Below are positions 1-8,209 of a stretch of DNA of 64,000 bases, one piece after another (the first letter of the stretch is position 1; each line of letters begins with the position of its first letter). The notes beneath the pieces were generated by a model. It ran no database searches. It was not told the origin of the DNA and saw only the letters and a list, made by a program, of their open reading frames with translations. The stretch spans positions 1,884,572 through 1,948,571 of the forward strand of contig OZ242025.1 in the NCBI GenBank assembly GCA_965204895.1, in the 5' to 3' direction. The position numbers and the translations under genes are program-made. Source of the stretch: Dehalococcoidia bacterium (lineage in GTDB: Bacteria > Chloroflexota > Dehalococcoidia > Lucifugimonadales > UBA2985).

Positions 1-1439
1 GCGCCGGTCTTCAGAAGCAGGCCGAAGGCCACGGCGGGAAGGCCGCGCTTCTCCATTGCCACCACCTCCAGGCCGTTGGCCAGGCGGTGTCGCCGAGGGC
101 TGGGCGGGGCAAAGGGTCGGGACGCAGCCGCGGCGGGCTGAACGCTCCTGTCGATGGATTTCTCAGAGCGGCTGTGAGACGGCTCCGGCATCACCACAAG
201 CTGAACGTGCCGCTCTCCCAGGTAGGCGTTGGCAACCCGCGTGACGTCCTCCGGCTGGACGGCGAGGTATCGCTCCAGGTCGGTGTTGATCATGTCCGGG
301 TCTCCGGCAAAGATGTTGAAGGAGTTGAGGCGGTTGGCCCTGCCCCCAAAGCCGCCAACGCTGGCCATCATGCGCACGTCCCGCCACTCAATGCGGTTCT
401 TGGCGCGGGCCACCTCCTCCTCGGAGGGAGGCTGGCTGCGAATGCGCTCTATCTCCTCGCGGGCCGCCTGCTCTATCTCCGCCTCCGTGTGGCCCGCGGA
501 CGCCGTGACCTCCATCTCGAACTCTCCCGCAATCTCGGACGGCCCGTGATGCGCCCCGGCGCTCTGGGCGATCTGCCTTTCGTAGACCAGGGACCTGTAC
601 AGCCGCGAGCTTTTGCCGCCGCTCAGGATGCCGGCCAGGATTGAGAGGGGCGCTTCATCCGGGTGGAACCGGGGCACAGTGGGCCACATGAGGTAGAGTC
701 TGGGCAGGAGCACTCGGTCGTGGAGAGTGAGGTTGGCGTGGCCCTGGAGGGATGAATCGGCGCGCCTGGCGCGGGGGATGGCGGGGCCTGAAGGCAGGTC
801 GCCGAAGTACCTCTCCACCATCTTCACGGTCTCCTCCGGCTGAATGTCCCCGGCTATGGTGAGGCTTGCGTTGTTGGGCGTGTAGAATCGCTGGAAGAAG
901 GACCGGGCGTCGTCCAGGGTGGCTACGTCCAGGTCCTCATGGAAGCCGATGGTGGGCCAGTGGTAGGGGTGGGGCAGGGGGTACATCGCTTCCTGGAGAC
1001 GGATGGACGCGACTCCGTAGGGGCGGTTCTCGTAGCTCTGTCGTCGCTCGTTCTTCACCACGTCCCGCTGGATGTCCAGCCGCTCCTGGTCAAGGGCGTC
1101 CAGCAGGAACCCCATGCGGTCTGCCTCCAGCCACAGGGCAAGCTCCAGGTGGTTGGATGGCAGGTTCTCCCAGTAGTTGGTGCGGTCCGGGGTGGTTGAG
1201 CCGTTGAGAGTGCCGCCAACCTGGAGAATGGGGTCAAAGTGGCTGCTGTTGTGGTGCTTGGAGCCTTCGAACATGAGGTGCTCAAAGAGGTGGGCATACC
1301 CCGTCTTGCCCAGCTCCTCGTCCTTGGATCCCACGTGGTACCAGATGTTCACGGCGACGAGAGGCAGCGAGTCGTCCTTGTGCAGGATTACGTCAAGGCC
1401 GTTGGACAGGGTGAACTTTTCGAACGAAATAGGCTCCAT
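1..1439 (-). CDS. M16 (pitrilysin/insulinase) family zinc metallopeptidase, 3' end outside window
   Basis: Absent from the ORF track because it runs off the left edge. The reverse complement from the ATG at 1439 reads MEPISFEKFTLSNGLDVILHKDDSLPLVAVNIWYHVGSKDEELGKTGYAHLFEHLMFEGSKHH, with the inverted HxxEH zinc motif (HLFEH). The frame stays open to position 1. Confidence 0.8.
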   Translation of the reverse strand, partial: MEPISFEKFTLSNGLDVILHKDDSLPLVAVNIWYHVGSKDEELGKTGYAHLFEHLMFEGSKHHNSSHFDPILQVGGTLNGSTTPDRTNYWENLPSNHLELALWLEADRMGFLLDALDQERLDIQRDVVKNERRQSYENRPYGVASIRLQEAMYPLPHPYHWPTIGFHEDLDVATLDDARSFFQRFYTPNNASLTIAGDIQPEETVKMVERYFGDLPSGPAIPRARRADSSLQGHANLTLHDRVLLPRLYLMWPTVPRFHPDEAPLSILAGILSGGKSSRLYRSLVYERQIAQSAGAHHGPSEIAGEFEMEVTASAGHTEAEIEQAAREEIERIRSQPPSEEEVARAKNRIEWRDVRMMASVGGFGGRANRLNSFNIFAGDPDMINTDLERYLAVQPEDVTRVANAYLGERHVQLVVMPEPSHSRSEKSIDRSVQPAAAASRPFAPPSPRRHRLANGLEVVAMEKRGLPAVAFGLLLKTG

Positions 1440-1538
1440 ATCTTCTCCGGGGTCGCCGCTTCAGTCGCGCGAAACCCCCTTCTTAGATTTACCGAGATTG
1501 TGACCGGGAGGCTGTCCTTCCACTGCCGCGCCGTAGTC

Positions 1539-2831
1539 CTACGTCGTGCTCGGCGGCTTGGCTATAATGGCGAGCGGCATGGCAATCGCATTGACCGCGG
1601 CGAGTATGTAGAGCGATATCAGGTAGCTGTCGGTAAAGTCGAACACGATGCCCATCATGATGGGGCCCAACATACCCGATACGACCGTTACGCTGCGAGT
1701 GAGGCCCTGGAGCGCTCCGAAGTTCCTTGGCCCGAAGTAGTTGCTGACCAGCACGCCCCTGGCCGGGATCATCCCGCCGAAGGCCGTTCCGTAGAGCAGC
1801 GCAAAGAGGATCACCTGCCAGTAGTGGAAGCCGTTCATGTTGGCCAGCAGCACAAATGCGCCCACAAAAATGCCAAGCAGCCCGGCCAGGACCAGCCTGG
1901 CGCTTATGTAGTCCATTATCCAGCCGCCCCCCAGCCGCCCAAAGACGCTGAGGACGGTGAAGAAAGCCAGGACCGTCGCCGCCTGGGTGTTGGAGAACTC
2001 TATGGAGAGCAGGTAGGGTATCAGGTGGACGATAAGGCCGCTCACGCCCATTGTCTCCGCGGCAAATATGATGGAGAGTATCCAGAATGCCGGGGTTCTC
2101 AGGGCCTGCATGACCGTCAGGCTCTCCTCGTCAGACAACTGCTCCATCGTTGAGCGCCGGGGAGTAGATGCGGCGTAGGCCGCAGCCTCCTCCTCCGTGT
2201 CGCCGTCGGGGCGCATTCCGTACTGGTCCGGCCTAGATCTGAAAACAAGGCTGAGGGGTATCATGATGCACCAGGTTGCGAGACCCAGCACAACGAACGC
2301 CACCCTCCATCCAAAGCTCTCCACCAGCCACACCACGACGAACAGCATGGGGCCGCTTAGAATAGCTCCCGAGGCCCCGATTCCCAACGCTCTTCCTCGC
2401 TGCCTTTGGAACCACTGGACTATGGCCCAGTTCCGGGGGGTGCCGGTTGCGCTGGTGCCAAGGGAGACCAGCAGGACGGCGATGTAGAACATGAAGATGG
2501 AGTTCACAATGCTGAGGTACATCACGGAGGCGCCCATGATGAAGGCCCCGGCCAGCACCATCTTTCGCGGCCCGTACTTGTCCACCAGGAACCCTTCGAT
2601 GGGGGCTACGATGCTGCCCTCAAGGCGCTGCAGGCCGAATGCGCCGGACACAATGGCGCGGCTCCACCCAAAGGTCTGGACTATGGGAGTGAAGAAGACC
2701 TGCATTCCGTAGACCCAGCAGATGCTGACCCACAGGTGCATCCCCATTCCGGCGGCGACGATGAACCACCCATAGAATACCCTGGGTTTGGCACGCGTCC
2801 CCTGGGCGACCTGCTCTTCCTGAGTCTGCAC
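1539..2831 (-). CDS. MFS transporter (oxalate/formate-antiporter-like), paralogue 1 of 3
   Basis: 430-aa ORF that is hydrophobic throughout. The N-terminal RVFYGWFIVAAGMG and FGLQRLEGSIVAPIEGFLVDKYGPRK motifs are shared with the ORFs at 9064 and 11964. Confidence 0.8.
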   Translation of the reverse strand: MQTQEEQVAQGTRAKPRVFYGWFIVAAGMGMHLWVSICWVYGMQVFFTPIVQTFGWSRAIVSGAFGLQRLEGSIVAPIEGFLVDKYGPRKMVLAGAFIMGASVMYLSIVNSIFMFYIAVLLVSLGTSATGTPRNWAIVQWFQRQRGRALGIGASGAILSGPMLFVVVWLVESFGWRVAFVVLGLATWCIMIPLSLVFRSRPDQYGMRPDGDTEEEAAAYAASTPRRSTMEQLSDEESLTVMQALRTPAFWILSIIFAAETMGVSGLIVHLIPYLLSIEFSNTQAATVLAFFTVLSVFGRLGGGWIMDYISARLVLAGLLGIFVGAFVLLANMNGFHYWQVILFALLYGTAFGGMIPARGVLVSNYFGPRNFGALQGLTRSVTVVSGMLGPIMMGIVFDFTDSYLISLYILAAVNAIAMPLAIIAKPPSTT

Positions 2832-2966
2832 TTACCCTCGCTTTGGGCCGGGAGCGATTACTGCGCCGCGCACCCCGGCCGGGTGTAGTGAGAAGCCGGG
2901 CCGTTATTCGTTCCACCCATAATAATACAAATCCTGGCAAATCGCTATTGGTGGCCGCGGGCGGGA

Positions 2967-2984
2967 ATTCCCGGGTGTGTTGGC
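2967..2984. repeat. 18-bp direct repeat ATTCCCGGGTGTGTTGGC, copy 1 (copy 2 at 4959-4976)
   Basis: The exact 18-mer occurs on the same strand on both sides of the LRR gene. Positions were calibrated against track ORF starts 2977 and 4967. Confidence 0.7.
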
Positions 2985-3047
2985 GCTGGTGGCCCCAGCA
3001 GTGAACGCCCCCATTTTCCGCTCATGCCTTCCCGTACTTGATACGGA

Positions 3048-3086
3048 GGTGAGCCTGTCGAACCATTTGAGCGGGCGTACAACAGC
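3048..3086. repeat. Dispersed 39-bp repeat GGTGAGCCTGTCGAACCATTTGAGCGGGCGTACAACAGC, copy A
   Basis: Matches 24545-24583 with one mismatch. Both copies are intergenic and create the spurious peptide VSLSNHLSGRTTA in track ORFs 2977 and 24459. Confidence 0.7.
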
Positions 3087-3179
3087 CATTAGGCTCCTGC
3101 TTACACCCAGAGTCGCGGACGTGAAGGCAGCCGCGTGCCGGGGGCCGGCCGTTGGAGCGTACGCACAGGTGGCGGCGCC

Positions 3180-4874
3180 TCAGCAGAAGGGCAGGCCTCC
3201 CAGGTCAGAATAAACCGGGTCAAGACTTGCCTCCAGAGCCGCCGGCACACATCCGGTCAGCCGGTTGCCATCCAGGTCCAATTCGGTCAGATTGGTGAGG
3301 CTGCCCAGCGCCGGCGGTATCTCTCCGCTCAGCAGGTTGCCGCCCAGACTCAAATCGGCCAGGTTGGAGAGGCTGCCCAGCGCCGCCGGAATCTCTCCGC
3401 TCAACTGGTTGCCTCTCAGGCTCAAATTGGTCAGATTGGAGAGGCTGCCCAGCGCCGGGGGTATCTCTCCGCTCAGCTGGTTGCCAGCCAGGCTTAAAAC
3501 GGTCAGATTGGAGAGGCTGCCCAGCACCGGCGGTATCTCCCCGCTCAGCTGGTTGCCGCCCAGGTACAATGTGGTCAAATTCGAGAGGCTGTTCAACTCT
3601 GTCGGAATCTCCCCGCCCAGCCGGTTGCGATTCAGGTACAAATCGGTCAAATTGGAGAGGCTGCCCAGTGCCGCCGGTATCTCCCCACTCAATTGGTTGC
3701 CCGCCAGATACAGTCTGGTCAGATTGGGGAGTCCGCCCAGCTCCCTCGGAATCTCTCCGTTCAGTTCGTTGCGGCTCAGGTCCAGCCTGATCAGGTTGGA
3801 GAGTCTGCCCATCTCCCTTGGAATCTCCCCGTTCAGTTCGTTGCGGCTCAGGTCCAGCGCGGTCAGATTGGAGAGGCTGCCCAGCTCCAGGGGAATCTCC
3901 CCGCCCAACTGGTTGCGGTTCAGGTCCAGCGCGGTCAGGTTGGAGAGGCTGCCCAGCGCCGGGGGTATCTCCCCGTTCAGCTCGTTGCCGCCCAGGCTCA
4001 AGTTGCTCAGATTGGATAGGCTGCCCAGGCTCGACGGTATCTCTCCGCTCAGCTCGTTGCTGCCCAGCTCCAATACGGTGAGACTGGAGAGGCTGCCAAA
4101 CTCCACTGGAATCTCCCCGCTCAGCTCGTTGCCGTGCAGGTCCAATGTGGAGAGATTGGAGAGGTTGCCAAACTCCGCCGGTATCTCTCCGGTCAACTTG
4201 TTGCCGTGCAGGTCCAATGCGGTCAGATTGGAGAGGCTGCCCAGCGCCGGCGGAATCTCTCCGCTCAGCTCGTTGTGGCCCAGGGCCAATATGGTCAGAT
4301 TGGAGAGGTTGCCCAACTCTGCCGGTATCTCCCCGCTCAGCAGGTTGACGTGCAGGTCTAATGCGGTCAGATTGGAGAGGCCGCCCAGTTCCGCCGGTAT
4401 CTCTCCTGTCAGGCTGTTGTCGTCCAGGTACAATCTGGTCAGATTGGAGAGGTTGCCCAGCTCCGCCGGTATCCGCCCCTTCAACCCGTTGCCGTAGAGT
4501 TCCAATGCAATCACAAAGCCCTGGGAGTCTGTGGTGACGCCGTACCATTCCCCAAGGGGCGCGTCGCTCAGCCAGTTTTTGTTGTTGGCCCAACGCTCTC
4601 CGCCCGCGGCGCGATATAGGGCGGTCAACGCCTCCCGTTCCTCAGCGGCGGTGGGCGCAGCCGTGGGCGCGGTCTTTGGCGCCGACGTGGCAGTGGGCGC
4701 AGCCGTGGGCGTTGGCGCTGGCACCGACGTGGCCGTGGGTGCAGCCGTGGGCGCCGGGGTGGGCGTTGGTTCGGGGGTTGGGGGGGCTTCTTCACCGCAG
4801 GCGGCGGACAACAGCAGAAGAAGCGCGAGGCCCCAAAAGACGGGGACGAGGCCAGGATTGACTCTTCTATTCAC
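3180..4874 (-). CDS. Secreted or surface leucine-rich-repeat protein with plant-type 24-residue LRRs
   Basis: 564 aa. It has an N-terminal signal-like segment (GLALLLLLSAAC), a Pro/Thr/Ala-rich linker and an LRR N-cap-like segment (EREALTALYRAAGGERWANNKNWLSDAPLGEWYGVTT). These are followed by 17 full and 1 terminal repeats of consensus LxLxxNxLSGEIPxxLGxLSNLTx. Confidence 0.85.
   Translation of the reverse strand: MNRRVNPGLVPVFWGLALLLLLSAACGEEAPPTPEPTPTPAPTAAPTATSVPAPTPTAAPTATSAPKTAPTAAPTAAEEREALTALYRAAGGERWANNKNWLSDAPLGEWYGVTTDSQGFVIALELYGNGLKGRIPAELGNLSNLTRLYLDDNSLTGEIPAELGGLSNLTALDLHVNLLSGEIPAELGNLSNLTILALGHNELSGEIPPALGSLSNLTALDLHGNKLTGEIPAEFGNLSNLSTLDLHGNELSGEIPVEFGSLSSLTVLELGSNELSGEIPSSLGSLSNLSNLSLGGNELNGEIPPALGSLSNLTALDLNRNQLGGEIPLELGSLSNLTALDLSRNELNGEIPREMGRLSNLIRLDLSRNELNGEIPRELGGLPNLTRLYLAGNQLSGEIPAALGSLSNLTDLYLNRNRLGGEIPTELNSLSNLTTLYLGGNQLSGEIPPVLGSLSNLTVLSLAGNQLSGEIPPALGSLSNLTNLSLRGNQLSGEIPAALGSLSNLADLSLGGNLLSGEIPPALGSLTNLTELDLDGNRLTGCVPAALEASLDPVYSDLGGLPFC
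3183..4505 (-). repeat. Tandem 72-bp coding repeats (about 18 units) encoding the LRR array
   Basis: The 24-codon periodicity is visible in the protein and at DNA level. It produces long spurious ORFs in other frames (3220-4593, 3265-4497). Confidence 0.85.
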
Positions 4875-4958
4875 GGAGTTACCTCATCAGGAGGAGGCGG
4901 GTGTTGTCCCCACTATACACAAATTCTCGCCTCGTTGAAAGCGCATTTCGGTGGTAGT

Positions 4959-4976
4959 ATTCCCGGGTGTGTTGGC
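4959..4976. repeat. 18-bp direct repeat ATTCCCGGGTGTGTTGGC, copy 2
   Basis: Exact match to 2967-2984 in the same orientation. Confidence 0.7.
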
Positions 4977-5086
4977 AATACCAACTCGCCATGAGAATAC
5001 CGAGCGTCTTTCACTTGACAGCCATCGAAAAGGGTATAGGCTATGAGAGGTTTGGTGTGAATGAGACCACGTTTGGGGGTGTGCCT

Positions 5087-6169
5087 ATGGATGACGTAGA
5101 AAGACTACTTGAGGAGATCACCAACGCAAGCGGACCCACGGGCTTCGAGGGGCCGGTCAGGGCGATTATGCAGCGCGAGCTTTTGCCAATCTGCGATGAG
5201 ATGGAGACCGACGGCATTGGCTCGCTGATAGGCAGGCTGGGCGAAGGCGCCGACAGGCCGCGGGTGATGATGGCCGCCCACATGGACGAGGTGGGCCTGA
5301 TGGTCAGGTTCATCACGGCAGAGGGCTACGTGAAGTTCCAGACCCTCGGCGGATGGCTGGACCAGGCGCTCATCAACCAGCGCTGGATCATCCAGACCCG
5401 GAACGGGCCCGTAATCGGCGTGTCCGGCATCAAGACCGTCCACGTCATGACCCCGGAGGCCCGGAACCAGATATTCAAGCGGGAGCAGATCTTCATCGAC
5501 GTGGGCGCGAGCGACAAGCAGGACGCAGAGGAGCGCCTTGGCATACGGCCGGGCGATCCCATATCGCCGGACAGCAGATTCACACCCCTCACAGGAGGCA
5601 GGCTGTACCTGGGCAAGGCCTGGGACGACCGTATCGGCCTTGCGACCATGATTGAGGTTATGAAACGCCTCAAGGCCGACCCGCCGCCCTGCGCGGTCTA
5701 CAGCGTGTCCACGGTGCAGGAGGAGGTGGGGTTGCGAGGGGCGCAGACCAGCAGCTACCATATTGCGCCGGACGTGGGTATCAACATAGAGTCGGGCGTG
5801 GCCGGGGACTTCCCGGGGATGACCCAGGATGAGTCCCAGGAGCGGTTGGGAAACGGCCCGGGCATCTTCCTCCACGACTCCTCCATGGTGCCCAACCTCA
5901 AGCTGCGTGACCTTGTGGTGGACGTGGCCAAAGATGAAGAGATTCCGGTCCAGTTCGACGTGCTGAGCGGCTACGGCGAGGACGGGGCGGAGATGCAGCG
6001 CTCTCACAGCGGCGCGCCGGCCATCAACATATCGGTGCCCACTCGCTACCTCCACTGCCACTACGGGATAATCAGCAGGGAGGACTTTGACAACACCGTG
6101 GATCTGGTGACCGCCGTCATCCGGCGTCTGGACGCCGACACCGTCCGGCAGCTGAAGAGCTTTGACTAG
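5087..6169 (+). CDS. M42 family metallo-aminopeptidase (FrvX/TET-like)
   Basis: Internal ATG of track ORF 4967-6169. The product starts MDDVERLLEEITNASGPTGFEGPVR and contains AAHMDEVGLMVRFITAEGYVKFQTLGGW, typical of M42 peptidases. Confidence 0.8.
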   Translation: MDDVERLLEEITNASGPTGFEGPVRAIMQRELLPICDEMETDGIGSLIGRLGEGADRPRVMMAAHMDEVGLMVRFITAEGYVKFQTLGGWLDQALINQRWIIQTRNGPVIGVSGIKTVHVMTPEARNQIFKREQIFIDVGASDKQDAEERLGIRPGDPISPDSRFTPLTGGRLYLGKAWDDRIGLATMIEVMKRLKADPPPCAVYSVSTVQEEVGLRGAQTSSYHIAPDVGINIESGVAGDFPGMTQDESQERLGNGPGIFLHDSSMVPNLKLRDLVVDVAKDEEIPVQFDVLSGYGEDGAEMQRSHSGAPAINISVPTRYLHCHYGIISREDFDNTVDLVTAVIRRLDADTVRQLKSFD

Positions 6170-6408
6170 GAGACGCGTGACGTTTGAAGGACCTCGTCAC
6201 GAACAAAGTGAAGGCGGATTATACCGGGACGCTTCATTGTCTCGTCGAAGTAGCACTCCACCGCCTCTTTTACGTTTTGGCGGAGCTCCTCCAGGGTCTC
6301 GCCTTCGGTGTGGATTCCGTATCCTAGCGCGCTGGCAGAGTACCCGCCGTCCGCTTCGTCCTCACTGACTTCAAATATAATTTCGGAGAAAGTGTCTGAA
6401 CTCATCAT
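6166..6408 (-). CDS. hicB: HicB-like (UPF0150) antitoxin-domain protein, no intact partner seen
   Basis: 80 aa with FEVSEDEADGGYSASALGYGIHTEGETLEELRQNVKEAVECYF, which matches the HicB N-terminal fold pattern. The stop overlaps the convergent M42 gene end. Confidence 0.55.
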   Translation of the reverse strand: MMSSDTFSEIIFEVSEDEADGGYSASALGYGIHTEGETLEELRQNVKEAVECYFDETMKRPGIIRLHFVRDEVLQTSRVS

Positions 6409-6855
6409 GCCCTCATCTCAGTTTTCGGCAAACCCTGCTTTTTGCGAGTTTCCTCTGGCAGTCTGGTGTATGCCCGAATGTTACCTGCTGCCGTCTGTCC
6501 GGTCAAACCCTCGCGGCATCTTTGGCAAAAGAAGAACCCCGAAGCTGGTTGGTCAGAGACCAATCCCGGTGGACCAGCCGGGAACTTCGGGGCTCGGTGC
6601 CTGCTGGTATTCCGCAACGGATACCAGAGCGCCTTGGTGTCCGGTTCCGTTTACGCTACAGACACCTCACTAGAAGTCCGTTTACCAGATAACAATATAC
6701 GATCACCTCCTTTCTCAGTGTACCCTTACCATACACCTTGACAGGCGAGAAGCGCAAGGCCCTTTTGCACTATGGGACTTCTGATTTGCCCAGACCACAT
6801 CACCATCGTGTATACTCAACGGCAGTAATCGGAGCGCGATCTTCAGGAGGCAACG

Positions 6856-7746
6856 ATGGACAGGGGTAACGGATCAGACCAGGCCAGCCTTGACTACTCC
6901 CTCAAATACAACCCGCCCATCGACCCCGTCGTGGCGGAGCGCAACCTGAAGGAGGTCAAGGGCATCCTGGACGGTTTGGGCGTGGTCTTCATGTTCGGTT
7001 CCGGCTCCTGCCTCGGAGCGGTGAGAGAAAAGGCGTTCATCCCCTGGGACGACGACATCGACCTTCTGGCGGTCATCGGCATCAACGGGCTGACGGAGGA
7101 GAGGGTTGATGTTGTGGCGGCGGCTTTGCGGGACAGAGGGTACTTCGTCAGGCAGGGGGACGCCCCGCGCTCAAAGCTGATTATGAGCATCAAGGACTAC
7201 GTGAGAATCGGCTTGGAGTCCCTGCGCATTATCGACGGGAGCGTGTACTCCTATCCGGGCATCGCGCTTCCGGCCGAAATGTTCACCCAGCCCAGGGAGA
7301 TTGAGTTCCTGGGGGAGAGGTTCAACGTGCCGAACCCCCCGGAGGAGTACCTTGCCCTGAAGTATGGTCCGGAGTGGATGGTGCCGAAGAAGGCCGGAGA
7401 GTATGAGAGGGACGTGGTGCAGAAAATGCCCGGCGCTGAATGGGCCGGTAGGCCGAGCCGGCTCAAGGTGCTCGACGAGCAGGGTCAGCCGGTGGCCGAC
7501 GCGGAGGTGACGCTGGTGGGCGGAGGCCGATCCAGGACCGACCAGAGCGGTTACGCGGAGATAATCCTGCCGGACCCCAACTGGTACGCCCTGGTCATCA
7601 GGTACCCCGGCCACGAGGAGGTGCTGTACATGGAGGAGCTGGAGCCGGATAGGACTTACGTGTACAGAGCCGACTCCGCAGAGCGGCATCGGAGTCTCGC
7701 GGGCGGCGAGGTCGGGACGCTGGGCAACGTGCTTCTCCAGGAGTGA
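6856..7746 (+). CDS. LicD-family nucleotidyl/phosphotransferase with C-terminal carboxypeptidase-regulatory-like beta domain
   Basis: GSCLGAVREKAFIPWDDDIDLL matches the LicD signature. The C-terminal RLKVLDEQGQPVADAEVTLVGGGRSRTDQSGYAEI resembles CarboxypepD_reg. RBS AGGAGG lies upstream of the ATG. Confidence 0.6.
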   Translation: MDRGNGSDQASLDYSLKYNPPIDPVVAERNLKEVKGILDGLGVVFMFGSGSCLGAVREKAFIPWDDDIDLLAVIGINGLTEERVDVVAAALRDRGYFVRQGDAPRSKLIMSIKDYVRIGLESLRIIDGSVYSYPGIALPAEMFTQPREIEFLGERFNVPNPPEEYLALKYGPEWMVPKKAGEYERDVVQKMPGAEWAGRPSRLKVLDEQGQPVADAEVTLVGGGRSRTDQSGYAEIILPDPNWYALVIRYPGHEEVLYMEELEPDRTYVYRADSAERHRSLAGGEVGTLGNVLLQE

Positions 7747-7747
7747 G

Positions 7748-8188
7748 CTAGACGGGCTGTACTATCATCTCCAGCAGGCCGTCCGGGAACAGTGACGCCC
7801 GGCCTTGAGTGAACTCAGAAAGGGACACCCACTCCACGCGGAAGGCCCTTCCTCCCTCATCTCCCTGCATTGAGGGCACCTCGTACAGGGAGCTGTCCAC
7901 CAGCTCCGCCTCGTAGATAATGACCAGCTCGTGTTGGGGCACGTCGAAGAGGGTGTAGAAGTTCTCGATGACACCCAGGTACCGGGGCTCGGTGATGTCT
8001 ACCTGGATCTCCTCCCGGAGCTCGCGCCTGATCGCCTCGCGGCTGTGCTCACCAAAGTTGATCTCGCCGCCCAGTGGTCGATAGAAGACGCCCTTGCTGC
8101 CGGCGTAGCCCGGGGCCGCGAGTATCCGGTCACCATGCCGGATGACGCAGATGGTGGAGGCTCTGATGCGTCCCTCTTCCATAGACAC
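7748..8188 (-). CDS. NUDIX hydrolase
   Basis: Nudix box GGEINFGEHSREAIRRELREEIQV (GX5EX7REUXEEXGU). Confidence 0.8.
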   Translation of the reverse strand: MSMEEGRIRASTICVIRHGDRILAAPGYAGSKGVFYRPLGGEINFGEHSREAIRRELREEIQVDITEPRYLGVIENFYTLFDVPQHELVIIYEAELVDSSLYEVPSMQGDEGGRAFRVEWVSLSEFTQGRASLFPDGLLEMIVQPV

Positions 8189-8209
8189 AGCCTTCGCCAG
8201 TTCGTCTGC

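Noticed and set aside
56-2153. Several plus-strand ORFs (87-644, 866-1207, 1239-2153) cover the left end.
   Set aside because: They are antisense or overlapping to a well-supported M16 peptidase (HLFEH motif) and an MFS transporter on the minus strand. Their composition is typical of GC-driven spurious ORFs.
3183-4505. Regular 72-bp tandem repeats that could be mistaken for a CRISPR array.
   Set aside because: The units are contiguous with no unique spacers. They are in frame within one ORF and encode LRR units. No cas genes are present.
3220-4593. Long ORFs in alternative frames and on the opposite strand across the LRR repeat array (457 aa, 410 aa and others).
   Set aside because: They are produced by the 72-bp periodicity. 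Only the 564-aa frame gives a signal peptide, an N-cap and a canonical LRR consensus.
6409-6855. Possible degraded hicA toxin gene upstream of the HicB-like gene. An AGGAGGTGA RBS is followed by a TTG-LSGKR… reading that stops after 14 codons.
   Set aside because: No frame gives a convincing HicA pattern (no GSH motif), and the similarities are too weak to call by eye. The region is left unannotated.
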